Shown: piece after piece, positions 46,084 through 54,446 of the stretch
How positions within the stretch are numbered: position 1 is the stretch's first letter
Layout: each line of letters starts with the position of its first letter
Virus record (IMG/VR): IMGVR_UViG_3300037483_001478
Coordinates: 71,989-135,988 of that record
DNA length: 64,000 bases
Strand: one strand, 5' to 3'
Source: a virus
Notes under the pieces: model-generated
Databases searched by the model: none
What the model saw: only the letters and a program-made list of their open reading frames with translations
What the model was told of the DNA's origin: nothing
Translations under genes and position numbers: made by a program

Positions 46084-47070
46084 ATGGCTCGTATGTCAAC
46101 TTGGAGTCCTTATCAGCGCTATGTGCAAGCAGGGCTGGTTGACGGTCGAATTGGCCCCCAACTCGGGTAACTGAGTTGGTGCACTGGGTGAATTGCTGGA
46201 ACCCTCAGCGCGTTATGGCGGTGGGAATCAGCAGCCGAGCTGCAGGAAGCGACTTGAGTACTGCAGAAGGTTCAGAGACTAGAGCGGTGAGCATCGCAAG
46301 CAATAACCTGCTCCACGAGCGCCCGGCGTCCTACGGGACGAAGATATAGTCCGACACCCGAGGGAAACCTTGGGAGAGAGTCTAAACAGCTCTCGTAACG
46401 GTTGCAGTTCCTCAATGCATCGTTCACCTTGTTGGCGGCGGGGCCTCCTCGCCTGGCCAACATCGGCAGCCTCACGTTTGCTTCGGACGCTTTGGCGAGC
46501 GGGGCAGGGGATGACATTGTTTTCCCCATTGGCATCGTGCAGAACTTCAACCTGAGCCACAACCGCCAGTTCAACAGGATCTGGGAGGTGGGCTCAGAGC
46601 GATCGTTCTTCATCGCCGGCCGAACGGTAGGTCAGGTGGGGCTGAGCCGGATCATGTACCATGGTCCGTCGCTGCTCCGCGTGTTGTACGCCTACTACCA
46701 GGACTTGCAGCCTCCAACCTTGGTACCGTCGGTCATTGGGGCTTTCAACGTGGGCGCTCTCACGGTGGCCAATCCCCATGATGTCAAGATCGCTCCTGGG
46801 TACGAAAACCTGTACCTCAACCTGGCCTCGGACTTGTTCAACCAGCCAATCGGGCTGATGGCGTATTTCCGGGACAGCAATGAAGATACAGTGGGCTCTA
46901 TCTACTTGGAGAGCTGCTACGTCCCGAACCACACGCTGGCGACAGACGCGCAGGGCACGATCCTGCAAGAGAGCGCAGCGATCCAATTCGAGCGGGCGGT
47001 GCCTGTGGCAGTAAGCGCACTGGCACTAGTCGACCTCAGCGCCTCTGATTCTGCGTTGGCAGGCCTGTAA
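46084..47070 (+). CDS. Tail tube protein, spliced: exon 1 46084-46146, exon 2 46405-47070 (242 aa)
   Basis: AGGAGG RBS 7 nt before ATG 46084; exon join gives ...AGLVDG|QFLNASFTLLAAGPPRL...; tube-like motifs PIGIVQNFNL, RIWEVGSER, YLESCYV..H; follows the sheath. Confidence 0.85.
46147..46404 (+). ncRNA. Group I self-splicing intron (258 nt, no ORF) in the tail tube gene
   Basis: P AATTGCTGGAA (46191), Q AATCAGCAGC (46226), R GTTCAGAGACTAGA (46270), S AAGATATAGTCC (46341); P7 GACTA/TAGTC; P1 U-G splice pair; P10 GAATTG/CAGTTC; terminal G; GNRA loops in L2 (GTAA) and L9 (GAAA). Confidence 0.93.
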
Positions 47071-47285
47071 TGTCGGCTTCTGGGCGCATACTGACGCTGG
47101 CCAAGCTGGCGGCCAATGTGCCTTCACTCCCGGGCCTTACGGGGCCTGGGTCTGCCACGCTCATCCCTACCAATCCCCACGGCACTGACGGGCGCTTGCA
47201 GCGTCTTACAGCTATCCGAGCGAAGATCCAAAAGAGCCAAGGCCCCCGGGCACTCGCTCCAAGAATCGCTTCCCCATCTCCTTAG
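47070..47285 (+). CDS. Small basic hypothetical protein
   Basis: TAATG overlap with the tube stop; LAKLAA motif. Confidence 0.55.
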   Translation: MSASGRILTLAKLAANVPSLPGLTGPGSATLIPTNPHGTDGRLQRLTAIRAKIQKSQGPRALAPRIASPSP

Positions 47286-47302
47286 TCTGGGCCTGCCACC
47301 CA

Positions 47303-47334
47303 AGAGGTGCCTACGCAGCCACGTAGGCACCTCT
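47303..47334 (+). terminator. 13-bp perfect hairpin at the end of the structural operon
   Basis: AGAGGTGCCTACG / CGTAGGCACCTCT, 6-nt loop, no U-tract. Confidence 0.55.
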
Positions 47335-47413
47335 ATGTCCTGAAAAAATGATAGATCTTGCGTTATAGGAAAGATGTAACCTTGACCCGCTCTAGCTATC
47401 ACATTACGGAGTG

Positions 47414-47764
47414 ATGATGAACACTGACGCTCCTGCTCCTCCAGAAGACATCACAGACGAAAACCTAGATCGCCCAGACGTCCGCTTTTACCTAGGCACG
47501 CTTGCAGCCAAAGCCCTTCGTGACGTGGGCCAGGTAACCTTCGTGAAGCGCCTCGATGGTGGGGTGGCTTGGGCCAATCATGTTCATGTATTTATCCATC
47601 CTCAGGCCGTTCCTGACCCTACCTTGATGGCTTCCCAGTACCGGCTGGTGCGGCCGGTACTGGGAGACGGCCGGCCGCAGTTTGTAGCATGGCAAGATGG
47701 CGTGCTTTGGGAGATCGAATTCCTAGAACCAGAAAGGGGCTCTGATGCAAGCAATAGCGAATAG
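47414..47764 (+). CDS. Hypothetical protein
   Basis: GGAG RBS; first gene after the hairpin. Confidence 0.6.
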   Translation: MMNTDAPAPPEDITDENLDRPDVRFYLGTLAAKALRDVGQVTFVKRLDGGVAWANHVHVFIHPQAVPDPTLMASQYRLVRPVLGDGRPQFVAWQDGVLWEIEFLEPERGSDASNSE

Positions 47765-48677
47765 CCCACACGGGCTACGCATGTACCCTGACTACCCTTT
47801 GAACAGTATTCTGGTTGAGCCTGGATTCAACAACCGAAAGAGTAACAAGCCGGATGCCGCCCTTTTAGAAAGCATTCGCCGCATTGGTGTAAAAGAAGCG
47901 TTGCACGTGCGCAGCAAGCCTGAGACGCGCGACGCAGTCTACTTGGTAGAGGGCCACCGCAGATACCATGCCTTGCGCATGCTAGGCATTGGAGCAGCTC
48001 CGGTCATTCACCATGGGGAGTTGTCGGACAAGGCGGCGCAGACCTTGAGCGTTGTCCTCAATGCCAGCAGAACAAAGAAGCTCTTCACCAAGAAGGAACG
48101 GTGCGAAGCTTTCGCTGCTATGCACGAGAATGGGTACGATGTGGGGTATATATCTCAGGTGACAGGGTACCCCACTCATACGGTTGCCGAGCACATACGC
48201 GCCTTTTCGACCGTTCCCGAGATCCAGGAAGCTTTAGCCAAAGATATGCAAGAGGGCGGTATTTCTTCTCGCGTAGCTTCGAGGGCTGCGGACCTGAGCC
48301 CCTTAGCACAGCGTCGCATCGTCCCGCTACTCAAGGGCGCGCCTCGCCAGAAAGGATTAGAGATCGTGCGTCAAGCAAAGGCAGCGGAAGGTAGGGCATC
48401 TCGAGGCCGTAAGGCCACAGTGCGGTTACCCCTTTCTGCAGAAGAGGAAGCAGAAATCTACCGCGTGGCTTCTGATTACAGAGAGCGCTGCCAGGCCATG
48501 GAGGCTATTCTTCGCCGACGCATCAATGCTGGGGCCAAGAACCCCATCTACGCTGCGCAGCTCGACATCATCAAAGTGATCCGAGGGCAAAAGAAGGTCT
48601 CTGATGTATTTCCCGACACAATAGGCAACTATGACGAACCGCGGAAGAATAACTACCTCCCACCCCACATGGTGTAG
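47745..48677 (+). CDS. ParB/Srx-like N-terminal domain protein with HTH region
   Basis: FNNRK, LLESIRRIGVKEALHV, LVEGHRRYHAL. Confidence 0.8.
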   Translation: MQAIANSPHGLRMYPDYPLNSILVEPGFNNRKSNKPDAALLESIRRIGVKEALHVRSKPETRDAVYLVEGHRRYHALRMLGIGAAPVIHHGELSDKAAQTLSVVLNASRTKKLFTKKERCEAFAAMHENGYDVGYISQVTGYPTHTVAEHIRAFSTVPEIQEALAKDMQEGGISSRVASRAADLSPLAQRRIVPLLKGAPRQKGLEIVRQAKAAEGRASRGRKATVRLPLSAEEEAEIYRVASDYRERCQAMEAILRRRINAGAKNPIYAAQLDIIKVIRGQKKVSDVFPDTIGNYDEPRKNNYLPPHMV

Positions 48678-48679
48678 CT

Positions 48680-49336
48680 ATGCGGCATCTTGGCATCTTT
48701 CTTTCGCGCTATTGGACCTTTGTGCTGATAGCAACGATCTCGAGCGCTCTTGTTGCGTACGCGATGTTGGCTGCGGTTGAGCCTATACCTTTAGCAGCGC
48801 AAGCACTTCTTTGCGCGGTTCCTGGCTTCATTTGGCTGTTCCTTCTAGAAGAGGTGATTCGGTGGTGGAAACAGGCACCTGACATCATTACGGGCCTGGG
48901 CGTACAGGCTTGGCTAGCTCCAGGAGTCGTAGTCCTGGAGAAACAAGTAGAGGCTTTCTACGATTGTATCTTTGAGGACATAGCAGACCTCATTTCCTAC
49001 GTGAGCAGCAAGCAAGCAGGGTCGGATTGGCCTCTTAGCCCTACTGCTATCCAGGATAAAACCTACGAGATGGTTAGTAGGACTAAGCTCATGTTTGAAG
49101 CGGAGCCCTTGCAACTTCCGGATAAGCCTGGAGAGACCTTCGCAGGCCTATGCTACGGCAACACTTTAGTGGTGGAGTGGACAGGACGTTTGGGGGCAAC
49201 AGCTTTACCCCACGAGACAGCGCACCAAGTATGTCGATTCATCACAGGAAAAGGGGACGCAGACCACGAAGACACCTATATCTGGAGTTCCTGGTTGAAT
49301 CGCGTGAGGCAAAAACTGGCAAAGGAGATGCTGTAA
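48680..49336 (+). CDS. Membrane-anchored putative zinc metallopeptidase
   Basis: Two N-terminal hydrophobic helices; LPHETAH (HExxH). Confidence 0.6.
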   Translation: MRHLGIFLSRYWTFVLIATISSALVAYAMLAAVEPIPLAAQALLCAVPGFIWLFLLEEVIRWWKQAPDIITGLGVQAWLAPGVVVLEKQVEAFYDCIFEDIADLISYVSSKQAGSDWPLSPTAIQDKTYEMVSRTKLMFEAEPLQLPDKPGETFAGLCYGNTLVVEWTGRLGATALPHETAHQVCRFITGKGDADHEDTYIWSSWLNRVRQKLAKEML

Positions 49337-49722
49337 TGGCTGGAAATACCAAGTTGATAGGGTTTGGGTCGGGCAAAGTGTTTCTTGAGAGGTGGGGAGA
49401 ACGGACAGAGGTCGAGCTTCCTTCTTCCTCGGTAGCTTCCTTGGTGGGGGCTTGTAGGGAGCAGCTACCGAGTGCCCCTAACAGGCAACCTCGTTCAGGG
49501 TCTACGAGCCTGAGCTACGATGGCCATTTTGGAGTCATCCGAGCGTTTATTTCCCCTCAGGACTGCGAGTCTATTGGAAAGCTATTAGAGCTCGTGGCGA
49601 ACCACCACGAGCCTACCGACTCTCAATACGAGACGGCCAAGGCTTGGGCTGAGGAACTGCTTGGACTGGCCCAAGAGCACAAAGATTACCTCAACACTGA
49701 CAACGAGCCGGGGGTGTCATGA
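49336..49722 (+). CDS. Hypothetical protein
   Basis: TAATG overlap with AAGGAG RBS (track start 49150 is likely too far upstream). Confidence 0.6.
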   Translation: MAGNTKLIGFGSGKVFLERWGERTEVELPSSSVASLVGACREQLPSAPNRQPRSGSTSLSYDGHFGVIRAFISPQDCESIGKLLELVANHHEPTDSQYETAKAWAEELLGLAQEHKDYLNTDNEPGVS

Positions 49723-50243
49723 TAGTTGGGCTGTTTGACGTAGATGGGGTAGCCGCAGCCTTTGTCAACCATTTGCTTGACGAGATCGGTAGTAAGTTGG
49801 CGCCGTCAGACATCAAGCGCTGGAACATTCGCGGGTGCCTTCCTCCCGACGAGGTGGACCGCGCTGATGAGGTACTCTCGGACCCCCATTTTTGGATGAC
49901 CCTGCCTCCTGTGCCTGGATCCCAAGAAGCTATAGAGGCCTTACAGGCCGCAGGGCACGACATCCACTGGGTTACCTCCCCCTACGACCTGCATGGCTGG
50001 GACGCCATTAGGCGGTCTTGGTTGAGGCGCAACTTTGACACTCCGCCAGACCATGTCACCATCACCGCGGCAAAATACCTTGTAGACGGCGATTACTTCG
50101 TGGACGACAAGCTGGTTCACGTTCAGAGATGGGCAGCCTGTCGCCACAAGCCACAACGTGCGTTTCTTTTTGAAACGCCTTACACCTGTTTGGAGCTCTG
50201 GGAGCCCAAAATCTCATGGGAGAAGATCAAGTCATGGGTATAG
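49719..50243 (+). CDS. 5'(3')-deoxyribonucleotidase, HAD/NT5C family
   Basis: FDVDGV (DxDG), FWMTLPPVPGS, WVTSP, W..RNF, FVDDK. Confidence 0.85.
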   Translation: MIVGLFDVDGVAAAFVNHLLDEIGSKLAPSDIKRWNIRGCLPPDEVDRADEVLSDPHFWMTLPPVPGSQEAIEALQAAGHDIHWVTSPYDLHGWDAIRRSWLRRNFDTPPDHVTITAAKYLVDGDYFVDDKLVHVQRWAACRHKPQRAFLFETPYTCLELWEPKISWEKIKSWV

Positions 50244-50773
50244 TGAATGTGCTCAATTTGGAAAAGATCCAGGAAGAGCAGAAGGCTTGGGTAGCTCACA
50301 ATTTTGCAGGCCGTCACAGTCATCAGCCATACCTGGGCATCATCGAGGAGCTCAACGAGCTCCTCGATGTGTCGCGCACGGGGCCCGAGGCAGAGATCAT
50401 CGACGCGGTGGGCGACACGATGATTTACCTTCTGGACTACTGCTCGGTGCATGATTGGCCTGTAAGCACCGTGATGAAGGTATCTGCTCACGCGGTGCCT
50501 TCAGACTCTTACCCATCCTCGTGGGTGGATGCCGCACTGCGCCAGTGCGCCCGTGTTGCCCACTACCAGCTGAAACACGAGCAAGGGATCCGCGGAATGG
50601 ACGGCAAGGTCGCGTTTGCGCAGGCAGCGCAGCCGCTTGTGGCGAGCATCGTCAATTGCCTCAACCGCTACTGCAATTCAGTGGGCCTTGACCTCAACCA
50701 CGCAGTGACTGTCACTTGGGAATCTGTCAGCCAGCGCGATTGGAAGCGCAATCCAACCACCGGGGTCGCCTGA
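50234..50773 (+). CDS. MazG-like nucleotide pyrophosphohydrolase
   Basis: GIIEELNEL...EIIDAVGDTMIYLLDYC; C-terminal TWESVSQRDW. Confidence 0.7.
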   Translation: MGIVNVLNLEKIQEEQKAWVAHNFAGRHSHQPYLGIIEELNELLDVSRTGPEAEIIDAVGDTMIYLLDYCSVHDWPVSTVMKVSAHAVPSDSYPSSWVDAALRQCARVAHYQLKHEQGIRGMDGKVAFAQAAQPLVASIVNCLNRYCNSVGLDLNHAVTVTWESVSQRDWKRNPTTGVA

Positions 50774-50793
50774 CCCCAATTACGGAGACCGAC

Positions 50794-51897
50794 ATGTTGA
50801 TGCACCACAGTGCGGAGAGCTACAAAACAGCCTCCAAGAAGGCAGCGGACTACGCAACCAAGCAGCTTGAGCAGATCATCCGCCAGGGGGCGGAGAAGCT
50901 CGGCCAAGTCCACCAGAAGATGCAGGATGAGACCCCGGCTGACATCATTGCTCCCGTGAGCAAGATCCGCTTTCAGCCCAAAAACCAAAAACTTACCATG
51001 GAGGTAAACAGGGACCTCTACGGCCTGCACCCACACGCACTCAACCAAGTAGCCGAGCGCGCGGGCGTACCCTTCCCCAAGAAGTTCGTTGATTGGTTCT
51101 CGAGCCAAGAGGACTGGGGAATTTCGGACCTGTCGATGGTCTTCAACCATGCCTACAGCAACCAGGACGCCCGCTACCTCATTCGGTCCGTGGGAACCCA
51201 GACCCGAGGGTTCTTGAGCGACCGCTATCGGCGTATGGACTCAGGGCCCATGATTGATGCCTTCATAACGGCCGCAACAGCTTTTGGTGCGGTTCCTTCT
51301 ACTTCTGCAGCCACCGACACCAAGTTCTACATGAAGTTTGTGCTACCGCACATCTTCGAGCCGATCCCCAATGAGGTCATGCTCTTCGGGCTACAGCTTC
51401 AGAATAGTGACTACGCTGACGGAGCCCTTTCTTTGAAAGGGTTTGTTCACCGGCTACGTTGCACCAACCTCATGCTCACCGAAGACGGGTTTCGTAAGGT
51501 ACATATCGGCGCTCGTCTTGGGGACGACATCAGCTACAGCCAACAGACCTACGATCTCGATGCTCGAGCAATGGCCTCGGCAGTGCGTGACGTTGTGGGG
51601 GAGATCTTCTCCCCTACCTATGTGGACGCCAAGTTCGAGGCCATACAGGAGGTGGCGTCCAAGGAGGTTGACACCGACGCGGTCCTCAAGGGCCTCAAGC
51701 GCCGCAACAGGGTAACTGTAGGAGAAGAGAAGAAGATCGCGGAGGCTTTTAACAGCGCTGAGGTCGAGCGGCTGCCTCCTGGAAATACGATGTGGCGGCT
51801 GGCCAATGCTGTGTCTTTGGTGGCGCAGCAGGCCACCAAAGACCGAGAACTCGACCTCGAGCAACTCGCGGGAGAACTAGGCGGCTTGGTAAAGTAA
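50794..51897 (+). CDS. DUF932-like phage protein
   Basis: RGFLSDRYRRMD, LQLQNSD, RLRCTNLM, H.G pattern typical of DUF932/DUF945 proteins. Confidence 0.65.
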   Translation: MLMHHSAESYKTASKKAADYATKQLEQIIRQGAEKLGQVHQKMQDETPADIIAPVSKIRFQPKNQKLTMEVNRDLYGLHPHALNQVAERAGVPFPKKFVDWFSSQEDWGISDLSMVFNHAYSNQDARYLIRSVGTQTRGFLSDRYRRMDSGPMIDAFITAATAFGAVPSTSAATDTKFYMKFVLPHIFEPIPNEVMLFGLQLQNSDYADGALSLKGFVHRLRCTNLMLTEDGFRKVHIGARLGDDISYSQQTYDLDARAMASAVRDVVGEIFSPTYVDAKFEAIQEVASKEVDTDAVLKGLKRRNRVTVGEEKKIAEAFNSAEVERLPPGNTMWRLANAVSLVAQQATKDRELDLEQLAGELGGLVK

Positions 51898-51959
51898 CAT
51901 CTACTTGACCCTACTACCCAATCTTGGGATAGATAGGCTAACTTACCCGGAGGCTATTT

Positions 51960-52157
51960 ATGGCAGACGAAACCACTGAAAGAGCAAAATCCTTTGTTGT
52001 AGAATCTCGCATGCGTGCTTTCCTCAAAGAGCACGAAATGAACACCGACGTCCATCTGGCCGACGCGCTCTCGCAAGAGGTTCAGGGCGTCCTTGAGACG
52101 GCAGTGGTGCGCGCGAAAGAGAACAACCGCAAGACGGTTCGTCCTATCGACTTGTAG
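51960..52157 (+). CDS. Bacterial-type histone-fold protein (Bd0055-like)
   Basis: 65 aa; VVESRMRAFLKEHEMNT...DALSQEVQGVLETAVVRAKENNRKTVRPIDL; GGAGG RBS. Confidence 0.85.
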   Translation: MADETTERAKSFVVESRMRAFLKEHEMNTDVHLADALSQEVQGVLETAVVRAKENNRKTVRPIDL

Positions 52158-52172
52158 CGCACCCCACGCCCG

Positions 52173-52203
52173 GGTGGAGACGGCCCGCTGCGCCGTCTCC
52201 ACC
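52173..52203 (+). terminator. 12-bp perfect hairpin after the histone gene
   Basis: GGTGGAGACGGC / GCCGTCTCCACC, no U-tract. Confidence 0.5.
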
Positions 52204-52221
52204 TCACCACCGGAGAACCTC

Positions 52222-54195
52222 ATGATCGACAAGATTTTCGGGGACGGGGGATGGTTGTCCGCCGTGTTCCCAGGGTACCGCCTGCGGGAAGGCCAGGTGG
52301 AGCTTGCTCGGCAAGTAGAGAAATGCATCAAAAATGGCGGAGTTCTTTTGTCCGAAGCGAAGACCGGCGTAGGAAAATCGCTCGCCTATGGCCTTCCTTC
52401 CGCAGTGCACGCCCTCACCCAAGGCAAGGCCGTGGTCATTGCCACAGCCAACATCGCTTTGCAAGAGCAGCTCTTCTACAAAGACTTTCCGACGATATCC
52501 GACGTCCTCGCTGACAAGCCTTTGGGCGGCGGGCCCACCAAACCCTTGAAGTACGCCTCGGTCAAGGGTCTCTCCAATTACCTGTGCCTCCGCAAGTTTG
52601 ATGAGGTGCATAGCACCATGGACGCTTTTGAGCCGTGGTTCAAAGAGATCAAGGCTTGGCAGAAGGATACCAAGCTCGGCGACAAGAGTGAGCTCTCTGA
52701 GGTCTATGCCCCGGCCGTGTGGGGAAAGCTGTCCTCTACCCCCGATGAGTGCATCAAGGGGGAGTGCCCGATGTACGACGAGTGCTACGGACTCGCAGCG
52801 CGGCGGGTCGACGATGGCTGCCTCATCGTCACCAATTACCATATGCTGTTTGCAGATGCCGAGGTGCGTCAGGCTACAGAGGGGGCAGCCGGTATTCTGC
52901 CAGACTACGATGTGCTTGTGTTGGATGAGGCCCACAAGGCAGCAGATATCGCTATGGACTTCCACGGCTTCGACTACAGCGCATCGAGCATTTTGTGGTC
53001 TTCCCGGTGCTTGTCGAACATCCAAGAGGATGACGCACGTACCGTTCAGGATGCCCTGAGGGCGTCAGTGGCAGCTTTCTTTGCGGATCTGGAGGCTTAC
53101 TCAAGGAAGAATGATAGCATTCTCTCGAAACCTCTGGGGTGGGACTGCAACGTGGTGGCGGCGTTGCGGTCTGCTTCCTTGTACCTGCAATCCAGGGCAA
53201 AGCGTGCAGAAGCTGGTGAGGTGCAAGAGACCCCTCCAAAGATTGCTTACCTTAAGAGGATGTCGCTGGTTTTTGAGCGACAGTCCTATGCTTTGGAGGA
53301 TGTGGCTTTTGGAGATGGAGAGAGCGGCGAGCTCCCATCAGGTCGTGTTTACTTTATTGAGCTCTCCCCCAAAGGAGAGGCCCATCTCCGCTGCAAGGCG
53401 GTGGACGTCCGAGATTTCTTTCAAATGCTTTTCGAGGAGAAGGCCGTGGTGGCTACGTCAGCCACCCTTGCCACCCATGGTAACTTCTCTTTTGCTGCAC
53501 GTGAGTTTGGTTTGGGGTCGGGGGGCTATGCCTCGACGATTGTTGAAAGCCCTTTTGCAGCAGACCGCGTGCTTGTCGTGATCCCAGACATGCCCCCGCC
53601 TCAGCGCCAGGATGAGCACGACAAAGCCCTTTCGGACATTGCGGCTACTGTCGTCGGCGACCTTGGGGGAAAGACCATGGTGCTGTTCACGAGCCATGGC
53701 GCGCTGCGTCGAGTTTCTCAGATGCTCCGGCCCCGGTTGCGAGACACAAGGATGTACGTGCAAGGGGAGCTTCCTAAGCGCCGTATCATCGACGAGTTCA
53801 AGGAGGCCAAAAATGGCCTCATTCTGGCTACAGCATCATTCTGGGAGGGGGTGGACATACCGGGGGAGGCTCTCAGCTGTGTGGTGATCCAAAAGTTGCC
53901 GTTCGTCCCGCCCACAGACCCTGTACTTCGCTATCTGGAGGCTAGCTTATCTGCTTACGGCAAGTCGGCTTTCTTTGAGTACAGCGTTCCCAAAGCTATG
54001 ATAGCTTTGAAGCAAGCGGTGGGCCGACTCATTCGCTCCGAGAAGGATTGTGGTGCCATCATACTCTGCGATCCTCGGGTTAAAACTGCAGGCTATGGGA
54101 AGGCATTCAATGCCGCATTCCCTACTGGTTGTTTCTATTCGGAGGACCCTTCGGATGTTGCACTCTTCATTGAGGACATTCGTAGTTCTTCCTAG
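52222..54195 (+). CDS. dinG: DinG/YoaA-family Fe-S helicase
   Basis: EAKTGVGKS, KGLSNYLC, four-Cys Fe-S pattern (CLRK...ECIKGECPMYDEC), DEAH, SATL, SFWEGVD, KQAVGRLIRSEKD. Confidence 0.9.
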   Translation: MIDKIFGDGGWLSAVFPGYRLREGQVELARQVEKCIKNGGVLLSEAKTGVGKSLAYGLPSAVHALTQGKAVVIATANIALQEQLFYKDFPTISDVLADKPLGGGPTKPLKYASVKGLSNYLCLRKFDEVHSTMDAFEPWFKEIKAWQKDTKLGDKSELSEVYAPAVWGKLSSTPDECIKGECPMYDECYGLAARRVDDGCLIVTNYHMLFADAEVRQATEGAAGILPDYDVLVLDEAHKAADIAMDFHGFDYSASSILWSSRCLSNIQEDDARTVQDALRASVAAFFADLEAYSRKNDSILSKPLGWDCNVVAALRSASLYLQSRAKRAEAGEVQETPPKIAYLKRMSLVFERQSYALEDVAFGDGESGELPSGRVYFIELSPKGEAHLRCKAVDVRDFFQMLFEEKAVVATSATLATHGNFSFAAREFGLGSGGYASTIVESPFAADRVLVVIPDMPPPQRQDEHDKALSDIAATVVGDLGGKTMVLFTSHGALRRVSQMLRPRLRDTRMYVQGELPKRRIIDEFKEAKNGLILATASFWEGVDIPGEALSCVVIQKLPFVPPTDPVLRYLEASLSAYGKSAFFEYSVPKAMIALKQAVGRLIRSEKDCGAIILCDPRVKTAGYGKAFNAAFPTGCFYSEDPSDVALFIEDIRSSS

Positions 54196-54203
54196 GAGGA
54201 CGC

Positions 54204-54446
54204 ATGAGTGAGCCATCCAAAGAAGTGTGGGATCTAGTAGCTAGGAGAGAAACTGCAATAGAAGACGCGCTGCACCATCTTGTGCGCGTCATTGGCATAT
54301 GCCAGATACCTCATGAAAAATGGACGGACGAGGAAATAACGGCGTTCACTAATGCGCGCCGCTTTGCTCAGGCCTATAGGGAAAGACATGAAAGCAAAAG
54401 AGCGGAAGGAGATTCAGCAGATGCTGGTAGCGCTGTCAGGGCGTAG
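54204..54446 (+). CDS. Hypothetical protein
   Basis: AGGAGG RBS. Confidence 0.6.
   Translation: MSEPSKEVWDLVARRETAIEDALHHLVRVIGICQIPHEKWTDEEITAFTNARRFAQAYRERHESKRAEGDSADAGSAVRA

Noticed and set aside
46402-47070. ORF-track tail tube starting at TTG 46402
   Set aside because: No RBS; the TTG is the last three nt of the intron (ending in the terminal G). The real start is ATG 46084 with AGGAGG.
43924-47300. Programmed frameshift tail-assembly chaperone pair
   Set aside because: No slippery-site-linked overlapping ORF pair or tape-measure gene follows the tube in this window.
47382-51933. CTTGACCC -35-like boxes before 47414 and 51960
   Set aside because: No acceptable -10 hexamer at 16-18 nt spacing in either case.
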